From the NCBI RefSeq assembly GCF_000281045.1, contig NW_008246094.1:21339-62164 (forward strand): a stretch of 40,826 nucleotides of DNA, read 5' to 3'. The DNA comes from Saprolegnia diclina VS20. Its lineage: Eukaryota. Position numbers and translations under genes: made by a program. Positions 21,906 through 34,018 of this stretch are shown piece by piece. Within the stretch, counting starts at the first letter, position 1. Each line of letters starts with the position of its first letter. A model generated the notes under the pieces. The model worked only from the letters and a program-made list of their open reading frames with translations. It had not been told where the DNA came from and ran no database searches.

Positions 21906-23816
21906 TTATGACGCTGTCGACGGCGCGGCAGGTGGCTCCTGGTGCATGCGCCAGACCTAGACAGATTGGCTCAGCCGCGCAACGAGGAGCGGAGCCGTAC
22001 TTGCGCGAGCAGCTCATAGACGCGGTCGACGTCCGACGGCAGCGTGAGCTTGACGACGTCGCCACTGACCAGCGCAAGCGAGATGACGCTGAGCCCGAGC
22101 ACGACGGGCTTCTCAACCCTACAGGAGCGTGAGCAAAAACTCACGTCGTGGCAGATGCCAACTTGAGGATCGTCTCGAAAGGAAGGTCCTTCGTGGAGGC
22201 AAACATAAACATGCCGCATTTGCAGACGATGCGCCTAAGATTCGGCATCAGATCGTCCTGTGCTGAGAGCCCCACGACTTACTCATAAGTGATCAAGAGC
22301 TTGGACGGGATCTTCCCGACCATGCACGCGCCTTCAAACAAGACGACGCCGTCGCCGTACTCGCTCGACCTACCCAGTTCTGGCCAATGTATATCGATGC
22401 GTAGGCGTCTACCCGAGCGCAGTCTGCAGCGAATGGGCGTCTTGGGCCGTAGCACTAGGCGCCGGTCAACCCAGAGATCCGGCTCGGCAAGTACCTCTGG
22501 ACGACGCTGGCAATCGCAGTCGCCGCCAGTTCTTTCGCGAGCGTTGCGCGGTGCGTGACTTGCGCTTGCTTCTCTGCAAGCTTGGCTTGGATACCAAGGC
22601 GGTTCCGGGTCGCCATGCTCTCCCAGAGATCGTGCACAAGCCGTGCGACCTGCTCTCCGCGCGAGAGCGTACTAATTAACGAGGCCTCCTTGGCTTCTTC
22701 GGCGTCGGGCGACGTGTCGGCGAGATCGAGCTGGCGCCGTGACGTGGATGCCGTTGCACTCTCACGCCGAGGCTTTGGGAGGCTGTACTTTGTAAAGAGC
22801 GGCTCGAGAAGACTCAGAACGTGCGCGACAGCGAGCTCTTCAGTGTGCGCGTACTCTTCAAGCGGCAACGCCAGCTCCCGCAAGCTCGCCTTCATCTCGC
22901 TACCTCATGGCGCATATGAGACGCCTTCAACACATACTAGAAGCAAACGTGTCAAAGGCGCGCCGGACGTTGGCGACGTAGTCCGGGTCCAGTGCGATCA
23001 AGTCGTCGCCTGCGCAGACATTGACAACGTATGTCAAGGGACACAAAACGTACTGGTATCGTCTGCGTCGCAAAAGGCCGGCGTCGAGAGCATGGCCAGC
23101 GCATACCCCACTTCGACGAGCGCGGCGCGGAGACGGTTGAAGAGCGCGTCGGCGCGGGCGTGCAGCGCAGGATCGGACGCGGTGCTCAACGTCGGCGCGC
23201 CGCCCGAGACGCCCACGTACATACGCAGCACGCGAAGCTTGGACTCGGACACGCCAAGACACGTGAAGACATGCTCCGTCTTGGCCGGAAAGAGCGCGTT
23301 CGCCGACATCTGCAACGTGGACGTCGTCGGCTCGACAACGACATTTGTAAAGAGCTGGGTCCCGCGGGCCATGGTCGCATCAGCGTCGCTCACCTTGAAG
23401 CCGTCCGTGAGTACAATGGTGGCAAGAAGCTCATGGATAGCCGCCATGGCCACATCCGGGCGCAGCCGACCTTCGAAGATGACCCACTCCTTGGCGGCGA
23501 CGGGGCAGTCGCGCAGCCACGTCTTGGCGGCCTCAAGGTCTTCCGGCAACGGCGCAGATCCAGTGAGCGGCGTGAGCTTTGTAAAGTCGGGGTGTGTGGC
23601 GTAAACGGCCGGCGCGAACGAGGCATCTGTCAAGATCTCGGTGGTCTGCTGCGCCAAGGCGCTGAGCGAGAGCGCGTCAGAGGGCGCTGCGAAGGCCATC
23701 GACGGCGCCTCCAGCATCTTGTCGACGTCAACGCGCGTGCTGCTGCTTTCGTCGTCGTCGCGCTCGCTAAGGCCAAACTCGGACGCTTCCTCGTTCATCA
23801 TCTTGCTGTCTGCCAT
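21906..23816 (-). CDS. Multi-exon (~8 exons) protein with a C-terminal GRAM/PH-like domain
   Basis: ORF pieces 23034-24017 (from MADSK at 23816), 22927-23262 and 22455-22895 join through short GT-AG introns (e.g. 23053-23010, 22948-22900). The last exons splice to VVLFEGACMVGKIPSKLLITYERIVCKCGMFMFASTKDLPFETILKVEKPVVLGLSVISLALVSGDVVKLTLPSDVDRVYELLAQVW, a GRAM-like pattern; stop TAA at 21908-21906. Confidence 0.7.
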
Positions 23817-24510
23817 GCTGCAAGATGGACGTGCCAGAAATAGGCCGGATCTTGTCTCAATAAAATAAAATAAATGGTGCACGTGTTTTTTAATATATTC
23901 TTTTACTCTACCCAGGTGTTTTAAATACCTTGTTCGGTTAAAAGAACGCGATCCGCGGGACTTGAATGACGTGCACGATGATCCCAGACCATCAAAGGCA
24001 ACGACCTCCAACATCATTGCGCCCAGACGTGTAAGCGACGTCGCCTGCTGGTACTAAATTACTACCGCAGATGGATCCCAGGACCATTTTTCTTTAAAGC
24101 CGGTCGCCCGGGTCCTTTCCAAATAGCTCATGAAGTAGACAACGCGAGCGCAATATCGCACTTGGAGCAGGCGATAATAGATAGTCGACGGCTGGCGCGG
24201 ACAGTATTAGTGACGCCAAGGGAGTGCTAACGACCGTCGTCGTCCACATAGCGAGGTGCTCCAAACACTGCTACAGTAATATGAGCTCGAGGGCCCCATC
24301 GTGGTTGTGTTGCACGTACATTAGGTAATCGAAGGCCGTTGTTGCTGGCTTTTCTGGACGACCGCTCCAAGCGCCTCGTTACGGATAGCAAAGGGTGCTG
24401 CGTCGTGGACCCCAACCTCACAACTGACCCTACCATTGAGACCACAGCAATGGACGTTGCGTTGCTTGGAAGCGAAGCCAGACATTACACCGTTATCAAT
24501 TCGCGACCGC

Positions 24511-24520
24511 TGATTGGTCA
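24511..24520 (+). promoter_or_regulatory. Inverted CCAAT box upstream of the TspO-like gene
   Basis: TGATTGGTCA about 45-55 nt upstream of ATG 24564. Confidence 0.35.
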
Positions 24521-24563
24521 AAAGAATGGCATGTCGACTTGCACCATTTCGGAACAAGCCAGC

Positions 24564-25513
24564 ATGGGGATCGAGAGCCAAGCTTGGTCGCTGCCGCTGC
24601 GCATCACGATGGCCGTCGCTTTGGCCGCGATGCTTGTCGTCAATGGCATCCACAGCGTCAGCGGCGACATGCGCATCGCGGCGCTGGCGAATCCGAACCT
24701 CCTCACGCCGTCGACCATGTTTTTTGTGCTCCTCGGGCCCATCTACGTCAGCCTTGTCGGCTTTGTTGGGCGCGAGTGCTACGCGCCCAACACGACGATC
24801 CCTGCCATGCACCGCGTGTACGTCTGCTTCATTCTCAGCTGCGTCTGCAACGTCGCGTACCTCTCGTGCTTTGTGGGCGGGTACACGCACGTGGCGTTCG
24901 TCGCGATCTTCATCATGTGGCTCGCACTCTTTGCCGCCTACTTGGTCATCGAAGACAGCGTCGAGCCGATCGTGGTCACGTCAATGCTGCTCAGTAGCAA
25001 CGCCAACCACGCCTTTGCGACCTCGTCGCTGGCCGACGTGCTCTGGATCCGAACGCCGCTGACGCTCTACTGGGCGTGGACGTGCGCGGCCGCGACGGTC
25101 GCGCTCAACGTCTCGATCGAAGCGCTCGGCGTGCACGAGATGAGCATCTACATCTTCTGGTGCGGCATGTGGGTGCTCGCCAACACGCTTATTCTGATTG
25201 GCACGGGCGACGTGCCCTTTGCGTTTGTCGCATTCTACACGCTGTTGGCGATCGCGCGCAAGTCGGCCGAGCTCACGGACCGCCTCGTGCCGCAAAACCC
25301 CAATTATACCGAGCACTACGCGGTGCAGGTCATGGCAACCGTCGGCGCCTTCGTCTTTGGCAGTCTCTTTGTCTTTCTCGTGCTCCACAAATGGTGGCGC
25401 GGTGATGCGTTTCCGCGGTATGTACCTCGAATGGTCTACAGATGACAGTTCGAATGTGTTGCTGTAGCCTCTTGTCGGCGTCTTCGCGAGGCACGTACGG
25501 CTCCCTCCCATAA
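24564..25513 (+). CDS. Multi-pass membrane protein of the TspO/MBR-related (tryptophan-rich sensory protein-like) group; one intron 25418-25467
   Basis: About 8 hydrophobic segments; motifs NPNLLTP..FF...GPIY, FILSCVCN, PLTLYWAW..AA, GDVPFAFV..Y.L.AIA. Splicing GTATGT..TGTAG gives the C-terminus RLLSASSRGTYGSLP*. The start could be 24528 or 24564. Confidence 0.65.
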
Positions 25514-25967
25514 GCAAACGTTCCGGCCGAGCGGCGTCATGCTGCGCTCCACGCACCACGGTCATAATGAGGGCCTCGCAGCGAGCAGATGCTTCCTGCC
25601 GTTTAGGAATAACGTCGTTTGCATCACTCAATATACGTACTACTGTTGTATACTCTTTGCCTTCTCGACTTGATGTACAGGGTATAAATGAAGTACGTGT
25701 CGATGGGAGCCCCATCGAGCCGCCACCGTAGTCCCATCACTCGGTGCAACGGCTGCACATTTTGCAATGGCTTGCGAGGTCGGATCGCAGCGAAGGAATA
25801 TTTTGCCTTTGGTTGCTTCGAAGGTGGTGCTTTTGTCGTCATTGCTCACGGGCTACTTACATCACACAAACCCTAAAAAAATGAGCATAATATATACGAT
25901 GAGTATGCACAACATCTCTTGCACTACGACGACGACAACGACACTTGACGAATAAGGAGCCACGGGC

Positions 25968-27236
25968 CTACACGGCCGTCGTAGCGCGAAAAGCAATGTC
26001 GATGGCCATGCCGTACGGTGCCTCGGGCTTGGGCGCGAGGCTGTTGTTGACGGTCCCAAACACGTGGCTCGTCGGCGCGTGGACGTTCATGAGCTCGAGC
26101 TTCTCGTCGTCGTGCTCTTCTTGCAATAGCCGGTCGGCTTCGTCCTCGTCGTCTTCGACCGCCACCGTCCGCGAGTGACGGGATTCGCTCGTCGTTTCTT
26201 CCTTGGCGGCAGCGGTCGGCCCTCGGTACAAGTTGGCAAGCATGCCAACCACGGCAATGACGAGGCCAACGTACTGCAGCGGCGCCAGAACGTGGCCAAA
26301 CACCCATATGCTCACGGCCATCGTCAGGATCTTTCGAGCCGTCCCGACCATGCTCGTCATGAGCGCGCCAAAGTGGGAGATCATGAGGAAGATAAACATT
26401 TGGCCAATGCCGCCCGTGACGCCGAGCACGAGCAGGTCCGGGAGCAGCTTGGTGTGGCGCGGGAGGTCGTCCCATGTCTCGGTCGTGGCCGAGACGCTGA
26501 AAAAGACAGCCGCGAGGAGCACCGAGAAGCAGTTGATCTTGTGCATCATCGTGAACGGGCCCATTTGGTACTGCGTCATAAACTTCTCTTCCAAGGCGCC
26601 GGTCGCGCCGTCAAAGCCGAGCGAAATGAGCACGAGGAGCGCACCCAGCGCAGCGTCGGTCGCTGGTGATTCTGCGTGGCGGCGCTGCATAAACGCAAAG
26701 AAAATGATGGCGCCCAGCGTCACGAGCGCGACGCTCGCGTACTTGCGTCGCGGGTACGACTTGCCGAGGAGGAGGCCAATGGCCATGATCGGGATCGGCT
26801 TGCACGTCTTCCCGAGCACGCGAAAGATATACGAGACGTAGCGGAGAGCGAGCACCGAGAGGTACGACGAGCAAAACGTCGTGAACGAGAGGAGGAGGAA
26901 CACGTGCCAAGGCGCCGTGTCGATGCGCTCACGGCCGAGGACGCGGCCGGCGTACGAGATGCAGGCGTAGATGATGCACGAGACAAACATGAGCACAAAC
27001 TCGTTCGGGCCCTTGCCGTCAATCGTCAGGCGCTCGAGCAGGTACGCGTAGAGGCCAAAGCAGACAACAAGCCCGAGCGAGTAGAACGCAAAGAGGACGC
27101 CCGAGGCTGGCGCCGGCGCCGCCGGAAGGCGGAAGCACTGGAAGAAGCACTCGTACTTGTAGATCGTGAAGCGGTGCGAGCGCAGCTCAACAACGTCGTC
27201 GCTCTCTTTCGCCTGCGTGGGGTTGGCCGCGACCAT
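25968..27236 (-). CDS. Nucleotide-sugar/ATP transporter, SLC35B1/HUT1-like (UAA family), ~422 aa
   Basis: ALRYVSY..RVLGKTCKPIPIM, SLGFDGATGALEE, GQMFIFLMISHFGAL..MVGTARK motifs; ~10 TM segments; likely start MVAANP at 27236. Confidence 0.9.
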   Translation of the reverse strand: MVAANPTQAKESDDVVELRSHRFTIYKYECFFQCFRLPAAPAPASGVLFAFYSLGLVVCFGLYAYLLERLTIDGKGPNEFVLMFVSCIIYACISYAGRVLGRERIDTAPWHVFLLLSFTTFCSSYLSVLALRYVSYIFRVLGKTCKPIPIMAIGLLLGKSYPRRKYASVALVTLGAIIFFAFMQRRHAESPATDAALGALLVLISLGFDGATGALEEKFMTQYQMGPFTMMHKINCFSVLLAAVFFSVSATTETWDDLPRHTKLLPDLLVLGVTGGIGQMFIFLMISHFGALMTSMVGTARKILTMAVSIWVFGHVLAPLQYVGLVIAVVGMLANLYRGPTAAAKEETTSESRHSRTVAVEDDEDEADRLLQEEHDDEKLELMNVHAPTSHVFGTVNNSLAPKPEAPYGMAIDIAFRATTAV

Positions 27237-27797
27237 GCTGGCAGAGAGGACAGATTGCAGATTGATGACGACCAAGTGCAATGTCCCAAACGAATGACAT
27301 GGGACAAACAGGTTTGTCCCGGTTGTTTTGGTGGTGGCTGCGAACCACACACGTGTGAAAATCCATGCACGGTTTTTTCACGTGTTTTTCACGGGCAAGC
27401 GCGGGCGCCTCGTCCCATCCTCGCTGTCTGACACGATGAGTCGCGCGATCTTGGTGCTGCAGGGTAGGCGGTGTAGCGGGATTTGCTTGTCGACTCGCTG
27501 ATAGCGGTGGGTGTTGGCGCCTCGAGAGGACCGTGCTTCTCTAGCTGGATCCACATTGCTGTGGCACTCAGGATGGCATCAGGATCCCATTGCCCTACGG
27601 CGAACGCCATAGCTTTTAGCTCGGCATACTCTAGTACTAGTAGTAGCTTCCAACGTTCTCCAGATATACAAAACAGTCAGGACACAGTTGCAGCGTTGTC
27701 GAGTCTTATTGCTATAAGAATGATCACACAAACATGAACGGCGCGATGCTCCGAAGGCAGCGGGTGTCGCTGCCACACGTTGCCGCAGCCAAGTGAC

Positions 27798-28199
27798 TTA
27801 GCCGAGAAGGGGCGGGTAGTTGGAGCGGTCGTCCTTGACAATGACGCCGTAAAAGATGCTAAAGGCGCCGACGACCCAGAGCGTCAGCGTCGTGTAAAAG
27901 CCAAAGCCGTTGCCGAGGCCGAGCGTGAAGAAGGCGAGGAAGATGACGTAGAGGCCACTGCCAATGTAGCCTTCGAGGAGCCCAAACCATGCGAGCGGCT
28001 TCTTGAGGCCAAGGCACGCGACGGAGACGAGGACGAGCGAGAGGCCGAGGTAGTAGACACGCAGGGCCACGCGCGTCGTGAGGCTCTCGAAAGAGCCACC
28101 GTAGCCGTCGCCGATGAAGCTCCAGATGGCCGCGGTGGTCGCGAGGAGGCCGCAGACGGCGAGCGCTACTTGGTGCACTTTGCGGAAGCTGATCGCCAT
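27798..28199 (-). CDS. COPI-associated / Tvp15-like Golgi membrane protein, 133 aa
   Basis: About four hydrophobic segments with LRVYY and WFGLLEGYIGSGLYVIFLA (cf. FGFL..Y.GRG.FYIF.G); C-terminal PLL; CAGCCAATC box about 90 nt upstream. Confidence 0.7.
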   Translation of the reverse strand: MAISFRKVHQVALAVCGLLATTAAIWSFIGDGYGGSFESLTTRVALRVYYLGLSLVLVSVACLGLKKPLAWFGLLEGYIGSGLYVIFLAFFTLGLGNGFGFYTTLTLWVVGAFSIFYGVIVKDDRSNYPPLLG

Positions 28200-28402
28200 G
28201 GTCTTTTGCACTTCTTTTTCGGAAATGACTGCGATCTTGATACGACCCACAACGGTGCTGCACCTAATTGGCCAAAATGGATACGAATTCAGCCAATCCA
28301 CATCGTCCGTGCTAGTCTTTCGGGCAATTGAAGTTGAAGCTGGGACCAAGAGCGGCCTTAGCCATCCATCACAACGCTTTCAGTCCTTCACAATGCGATA
28401 GA

Positions 28403-28912
28403 ATGCTTGTTGTGGAGTCCTCTTTCATCAAGAGCAAATCTGTACGCTCGACCACGAACGGCACAGAGAGCCACTACGTATGCTCTTCGCTCGTGATTCT
28501 CGGCAGCTACGAGAGCTCACCGCTGCCTGCGCAGCTGAAATAGAACTCGAGGCGCGTTTGCCACAACATTTCATTTCTCGCCACGATACACGACGCGGCG
28601 CCCGTCTCCAACTGGTCGCATGTGACCAAGACACTCGAACCAACGCCAATGCCCAAAGGCGCGCCGCCAGGACCAACGGCTGACGATTTCGAAGACCTTC
28701 CATTGCATGCTGATGTGACGTTGTGTGCCGAAGCGGGAGGGATATCGAAACCAGAGTTTTCGACCACGATAGCCAGTGGGTCGAAGTACTCCTCCTTGCA
28801 CAGCGAGCGCCACCTCGCGCAAAGACGCAGCAAGTTATCGTCGTCAACATTCAAGCTTTGTAGGTTGAGTTACAAAACTCCCAACTCTCCTGCAATTGCA
28901 AACGAGCGTTAG
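28403..28912 (+). CDS. Possible small two-exon hypothetical protein (28403-28477, 28544-28912)
   Basis: A GTATGC..TAG 66-nt intron joins MLVVESS..ESHY in frame to ORF 28622-28912. No recognisable domain. Confidence 0.3.
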
Positions 28913-28913
28913 A

Positions 28914-31900
28914 TTAGTCGTGGTCGTAGAGCCGACGATGCTGTTGGCGCAGCTCGGACGTGGCTTCACGCACGAGGTGCAGCATCGCCGGAATACAGAC
29001 GCGGCCGTGTGGTCGGTACACACCGGCCGTGCATGCCTCGAACAAGGCCCATCGATATGCACGCTGCCACCGTAGTCGCACTTGGACTTGAATCGCTGCT
29101 CGGCGCCGGTGCCGCATGGCGGCGAGGTCCGTGCGCGACGAGTCGAGCACTTCCTTGCCGATAAGAACACCAGCAAGGACGACGGTTGCAAGGCCGCTGC
29201 CGAGGATCACCATTGCAATACGCTCGGCGTTGCCGTCCTGGGGCGCCGAAGTGTGTACAATGCCGAGGAAGAGCGTCAGACATAGCTGGAACTGCATGAC
29301 GCTCGACACGAGCGTATCTGTCCACTGCTTGTACGGCTTGAGAAAGAGCAGTAGCGCCATCGTGAGAAAGCTAGTTTGCATCAACCTAATGTCCATGACA
29401 TCGGGACATCGTCGTACCAGATGAGCATGCCAACCAGCGCCTGCGCGAGCATCGAATCGAGGAAGACAACGCCGACACTCATGAGCAGTCGCCGCACCAA
29501 GTCGACGACTTCGCAGTACCAGTAGCGCACGTCGTCTACATGCACTCGTTTTAAATCACTTCTGAGGGAGAGAATCTCGGTACAGTTGTTGTAGATAAAG
29601 CCAATGCGACTGAGCACGAGTGGGTCCTACTCAAAAAGCGCCATGCGTCCATTTAGGGTATCCTCTCAACATCAAGACGACCTGGAGGTTGCGCTGCTGC
29701 ATGTACACGCCCAAGTAGTAGTCTTGTACATCGAGGAACTTGGACATGGGCGTGTACTTGCGCTCGTTGCGGCCGAGGACAAGGTGGGCGCGCATCTCGC
29801 GAAGCCACTTGGCGCGAAGGGCGGCAAAGTGCGGTTGCCGAAGGACCCGTACGCGGTCGTCGACGCGGCGTATGCGGGCGCGGTAGATGAGGAGCCCGAA
29901 CAAGACTGGGACGCCAACGACCCAGAGCGCAACGCCGACACCCGCCACACCGGCGTAGAGAAACCACTCGGACGAGAAGCACGTCAGCGTTCGATCGACG
30001 ACGAGAACGTACGCGGTGCTCGTTCGCTCGCAGTGGAAAATCGAGAGCACCTTTTGAGCGACCATCGGATAGGTGCAAAGAAGAAGCCAAATGCCAAGCC
30101 GGAAGCACTTGGCCTTGTACAGCTGGAGGTTCAAGCGGAGCTTGACACGCGCCTGCCACACGCGCAAGTTGCTTCGAAGCAGACGCTCCTTCATCTGCGC
30201 CGTTTGAAGGCGGTGCAAAAGCGGGCACACTTGGTGGTGCGACATGTACACCGGCAGGCCCGTGGCGTGGGCTTGCGACGTCCCGATCGTGCGCTTGATT
30301 GCAACGTGGCACTGCTTGTGTGCGACGAGGCTACCACGACGAGCAATGAGCTGGCCGTCGCCAAACTGCTGCTGCAGCGTAGCATAGGCATCGCGCGAGA
30401 GCGACTCGAGGACGGGGAAGCCGCAGTGCAGACAGCTGCGAGGAATGCGGTCGAGCTTGGCTTTGTACAGATACGTGCCGCGCCAGTCAAAGACTCGGAG
30501 GATGCCCAGAAACACCGCCATGGATGCCAGCGTGAGCCTACGCATCAACTTCTGAGTCGTCGTAGTCGTATCCGCCTCGAGACCCACAGGAAAATACCAA
30601 AGTAGTTGGTCGACAAGAGGCAGTTGATGCGAATCATCGAGAGCCAGTCCTAGCCACAGCAGTGTCATACTGACGACATTGACGCGTGGACGTACGAGGT
30701 TAAACTGCGACGATGCCTGCATCGCGTCTTTGACCGATGGCGGCCACACGGTTTTGTAGTTGGTGTAAAAGTTACCGAAAATCTGCAGAAAACCGAGCAG
30801 TAGTTTGATCTTCTCGGGGTGGAGTACGAGGACGGGCGACTCGTACTTGACGCCAAACACGTGGTGCTGGTTCTGCGTGTGCTGGTAGTGTCGAAACAAC
30901 AGCGTCGAGTGCAGAAACCCCCAACACCCGCGCTCGTCGCGATACTCGGTCGACACGCGGCGCTTCCTCGGGCGTCCGTTGCTTGGTGCGACGTGGCCTT
31001 TCTTGAAGGCGCGGTCTGCTTGGGCGTTATAGAGCAGGTACGCCTCCGAGTCGTCCTATCAAATTCGAACATTGAATGACAAGCACCAATGAGAACTGGT
31101 GTCCGACCGTCAAGAAGCTCGAGATGGCGACGCCGCTCCAAATGCAAAGAATGAGAAAAGCTCCGGGAATGACAACCCAATTGACGTGGGCAAGCGATGT
31201 CTCGGTCGACGTGCAAGCTAGTCGTACGGGTTTAGAAAAATCGACAGACGATATGGTGTACCGACACAAGCCCCAGATGCGGTGCGGGCATAGGACGCAG
31301 CGCAGACCGAGCACCCAACACCGTCGTAGCCTTCCGCGCATGTCGCATTGCCCGCGCACGCACCAATTACCTACGCAGAGATTTCCCGTTAGAATACAAA
31401 AGCTAGTGATGGCAGCAACACTGCAAGGCGTCGACGACAGGTTGGTGACGCAGGCAAAGACACGACTCGCGGGCCAGTGCTTTTTGTACTCGAGAAGCGG
31501 CGTGTTTGACATGCACGTATATAAACTCTGCTCCAACGGCACCGATGCGTTGATGTAGCCAAGGCATGGATCGGTGCTGGACCAGAGGCTGGGGTCGCAC
31601 GTAGTCGATGCCTACATCGGGTCAGAATTGCGAACACCCTGCAAAAGCGTTTACCGAGCTAGGTACAGCGGCGAGCGTATAGCCTGGTGCGGCAACGAGC
31701 GCGGTAGCAGGCTCGCAGTTCACACCGAGCGGGCACGGAAAGCACCCAATGCCACCGAGACTACATATGCAAGAGCGTCAAATGGCCTGCAGCACCTCTG
31801 TGACGAACCTTGTTTGACCTGGTGGGCACCGTACGCATCTCCTAGAAAAATTGTTTAACAGCACTGCATACTGTCGACGATACCAAGAAGTTGACGCTGC

Positions 31901-34018
31901 AAAGAACCCGACGGGGCACTCGGTCACGCGCAGTTGCAGATTTGAAAAAAGCGATGAATGCGGCCACGGCAAATCACAGCGGACATGCACCTCGTAAGTG
32001 CCAGGCGGACCAGTAACACTTGCGTGGCGTAGCACGATGCGCCCGCCTTCGATCCACAAGCGACCTGTCCGCTCTACGCTTGCGCCTGCGACGTGCCAGG
32101 AACACGACCAATCGGTCGTTGCTGGATAGGACTGGTTGTACGCATCGACGACTTGGAACCACGGCCAGTCCCGTCGCTCAGGGACCGTCGTTTTCGAAGA
32201 GGCTCCGAGGACGAACCCACTCACAAGTGTTTCTGGCCAAGCCCTTGGCACGAGTTGGACGGGACCGGACGCGATAGCACCAATACTGTCGTTCGAGTCG
32301 ACCTGGGCAGCGCCATGGGGTGAGAACACGGCATCGCCACGCTCCGTTCCTCGGTTGCGCGTCATGTTGGTCGTGATCACTGTCACGCGGGCGTCACCAA
32401 AGAGGCCGACCGCTCCCTACAAAGACCTGAATGTACTTTCATGAGGACGAACGCACGTACACCAAACGCGGCAATGTTGTCGAAGAATCTCGACATCTCG
32501 ACTGTAGCACTAGCCGTCGCACCGAGAAGCCCAACGGCGCCGCCGTAGCCCTCAAGAGCCGAGTTACTGGAAAAAGTGGTACTCACGAGCGCCAGATGCG
32601 ACGAGGTCGCAGCAATGGCCCCGCCGTTGCCCGTTGCTGCGTTGTGCAAGAAGTACGACCGCTCGATGGTTGCCAGCGGCGCGTCACGAAGAGAGATGGC
32701 ACCGCCGTCGATACCGTCGTTGCCCTCAAAAGTACTTCCGACAACAGCTAGCAAGGACGACCGCAGAGCAATCGCAGACACCCCTCGGTGTCCGAGAAGC
32801 CGTGCGTTCTGCAGCTGTACGCAACTATCGTGGCCAGCAACGCCTACGATATACGACAGAGAGCTTGAGCGTCTGCAGTGTATAGGCAGTAGGTACCTGC
32901 ACCATGGCGCGCAGCGGTGTTGGCCGTGAGGTTCGAATCCACGAGCACCAGACGCGTCGAACCAAAAGCTCGCAGATGAACGCCACCGCCAAAACCCAGA
33001 GCGCTATTGTTCACCAATTGGGTGCTGCGCACGGTGATATTAGCTCGTCGATCAGCGCTAATGCCCCCGCCATGCCGACCGGCTCCTAAACTTTGTGAGA
33101 AAATGGTATAAAAAATACTGCCGTACGACAATGTTGCAACCTCGAGTGCTCAATCGTGATGCTCACGTTGCTAGCCAGAATCGCACCGCCATCACGGTTT
33201 GCCGTGTTGCTGTTGAAACGCGTCGAGTGAATGTCGACGCGGGCGGCGTTGCAGGCGTGGATGCCACCACCGTCGTCTTGAGCGACGTTGCTTGCAATGT
33301 CGGCTCCCGAAACCAACCAGTGTGATCGCTGGTCAATGTACACGCCGCCGCCTTGACGCGCAAGGTTGTGCGACACGTTGAGCGCACGGCCCACCATCGC
33401 TGAGTTTTCGAGGTAGATGCCGCCTCCTTGCTTGGCACGACCGCCTACGCAGTCGACGCGATTGACCCACAAGTAGCTTCGAACCGCCGCGACGCAGCCA
33501 CCGCGGCAGGCTTCGATCCCGCGGATGGAGACGCGGGTCAGCGAGAGTTGCGCCCAGGTTGCGACAAGCCGGACGCCGTCAAACGCCACGTTTTCGATGT
33601 CGACGAGGCCTGTGATCGACCATTGTGACGGCACATCGCAGACAATGGTAGGTGGCCATGTGGCGCCAATGATTGTCACGTTGAAAAGCTCAAGGGGGCA
33701 CTCGGAGGCGTATGTACCGGCCTGGATTAGCAAAATGTACTTGGATGACGCCGCTGCTGGCCTTGCTGCCAACGCTCCGTGTAGGCTTTTGAACGGACTC
33801 GCAGCAGACCCGCGAGCCACGGCGTCATTGCCACGAGTAGAGTCGACATAAATGACCACGTGACTGCGCTCATTGGGCCGACTGGTTGACAGCAAAGCGG
33901 GTTCCAGAGAAGTGAGTCCGGCGGACGTGCTTGGCCGTCCAGACGCATCATCTGGCTTGAGTGATAGCGTTCGACTCCAAAGCAGCAATATCAGCCAGGT
34001 GCATGACAGCCATCGCAT
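28914..34018 (-). CDS. Large multi-exon receptor-like protein: signal peptide, DUF1565/pectin-lyase-like cap, Pmp-type GGA(I/V)..FxxN beta-helix repeats, Cys-rich linker, multi-TM (TRP-C/GPCR-like) C-terminus
   Basis: MRWLSCTWLILLLWS signal; IYVDSTRGND...GS...PFKSL; many GGGI/GGAI and N-x-A repeats; spliced CAEGYDGVGCSVC; TM region KIKLLLGFLQI..WP, YPMV..KVLSIFHC..L.VD..LTCF, YWYCEVVDLVRR, LKPYK..D. The introns I traced in the 5' half splice in frame; not all 3' junctions were traced. Confidence 0.8.

Noticed and set aside
22555..23843. 349-aa and 270-aa plus-strand ORFs
   Set aside because: Antisense shadows of the minus-strand GRAM-domain gene.
27345..27395. Two CACGTG boxes and a GTGAAAA/TTTTCAC inverted repeat upstream of the UAA transporter
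   Set aside because: Short motifs that could arise by chance; no independent support.
29604..30605. 333-aa plus-strand ORF
   Set aside because: Antisense to the TM-encoding exon of the Pmp-repeat receptor gene.
32400..33900. Bacterial autotransporter or contamination suggested by the Pmp repeats
   Set aside because: The gene has spliceosomal introns, alpha-helical TM segments instead of a beta-barrel, and eukaryotic neighbours.
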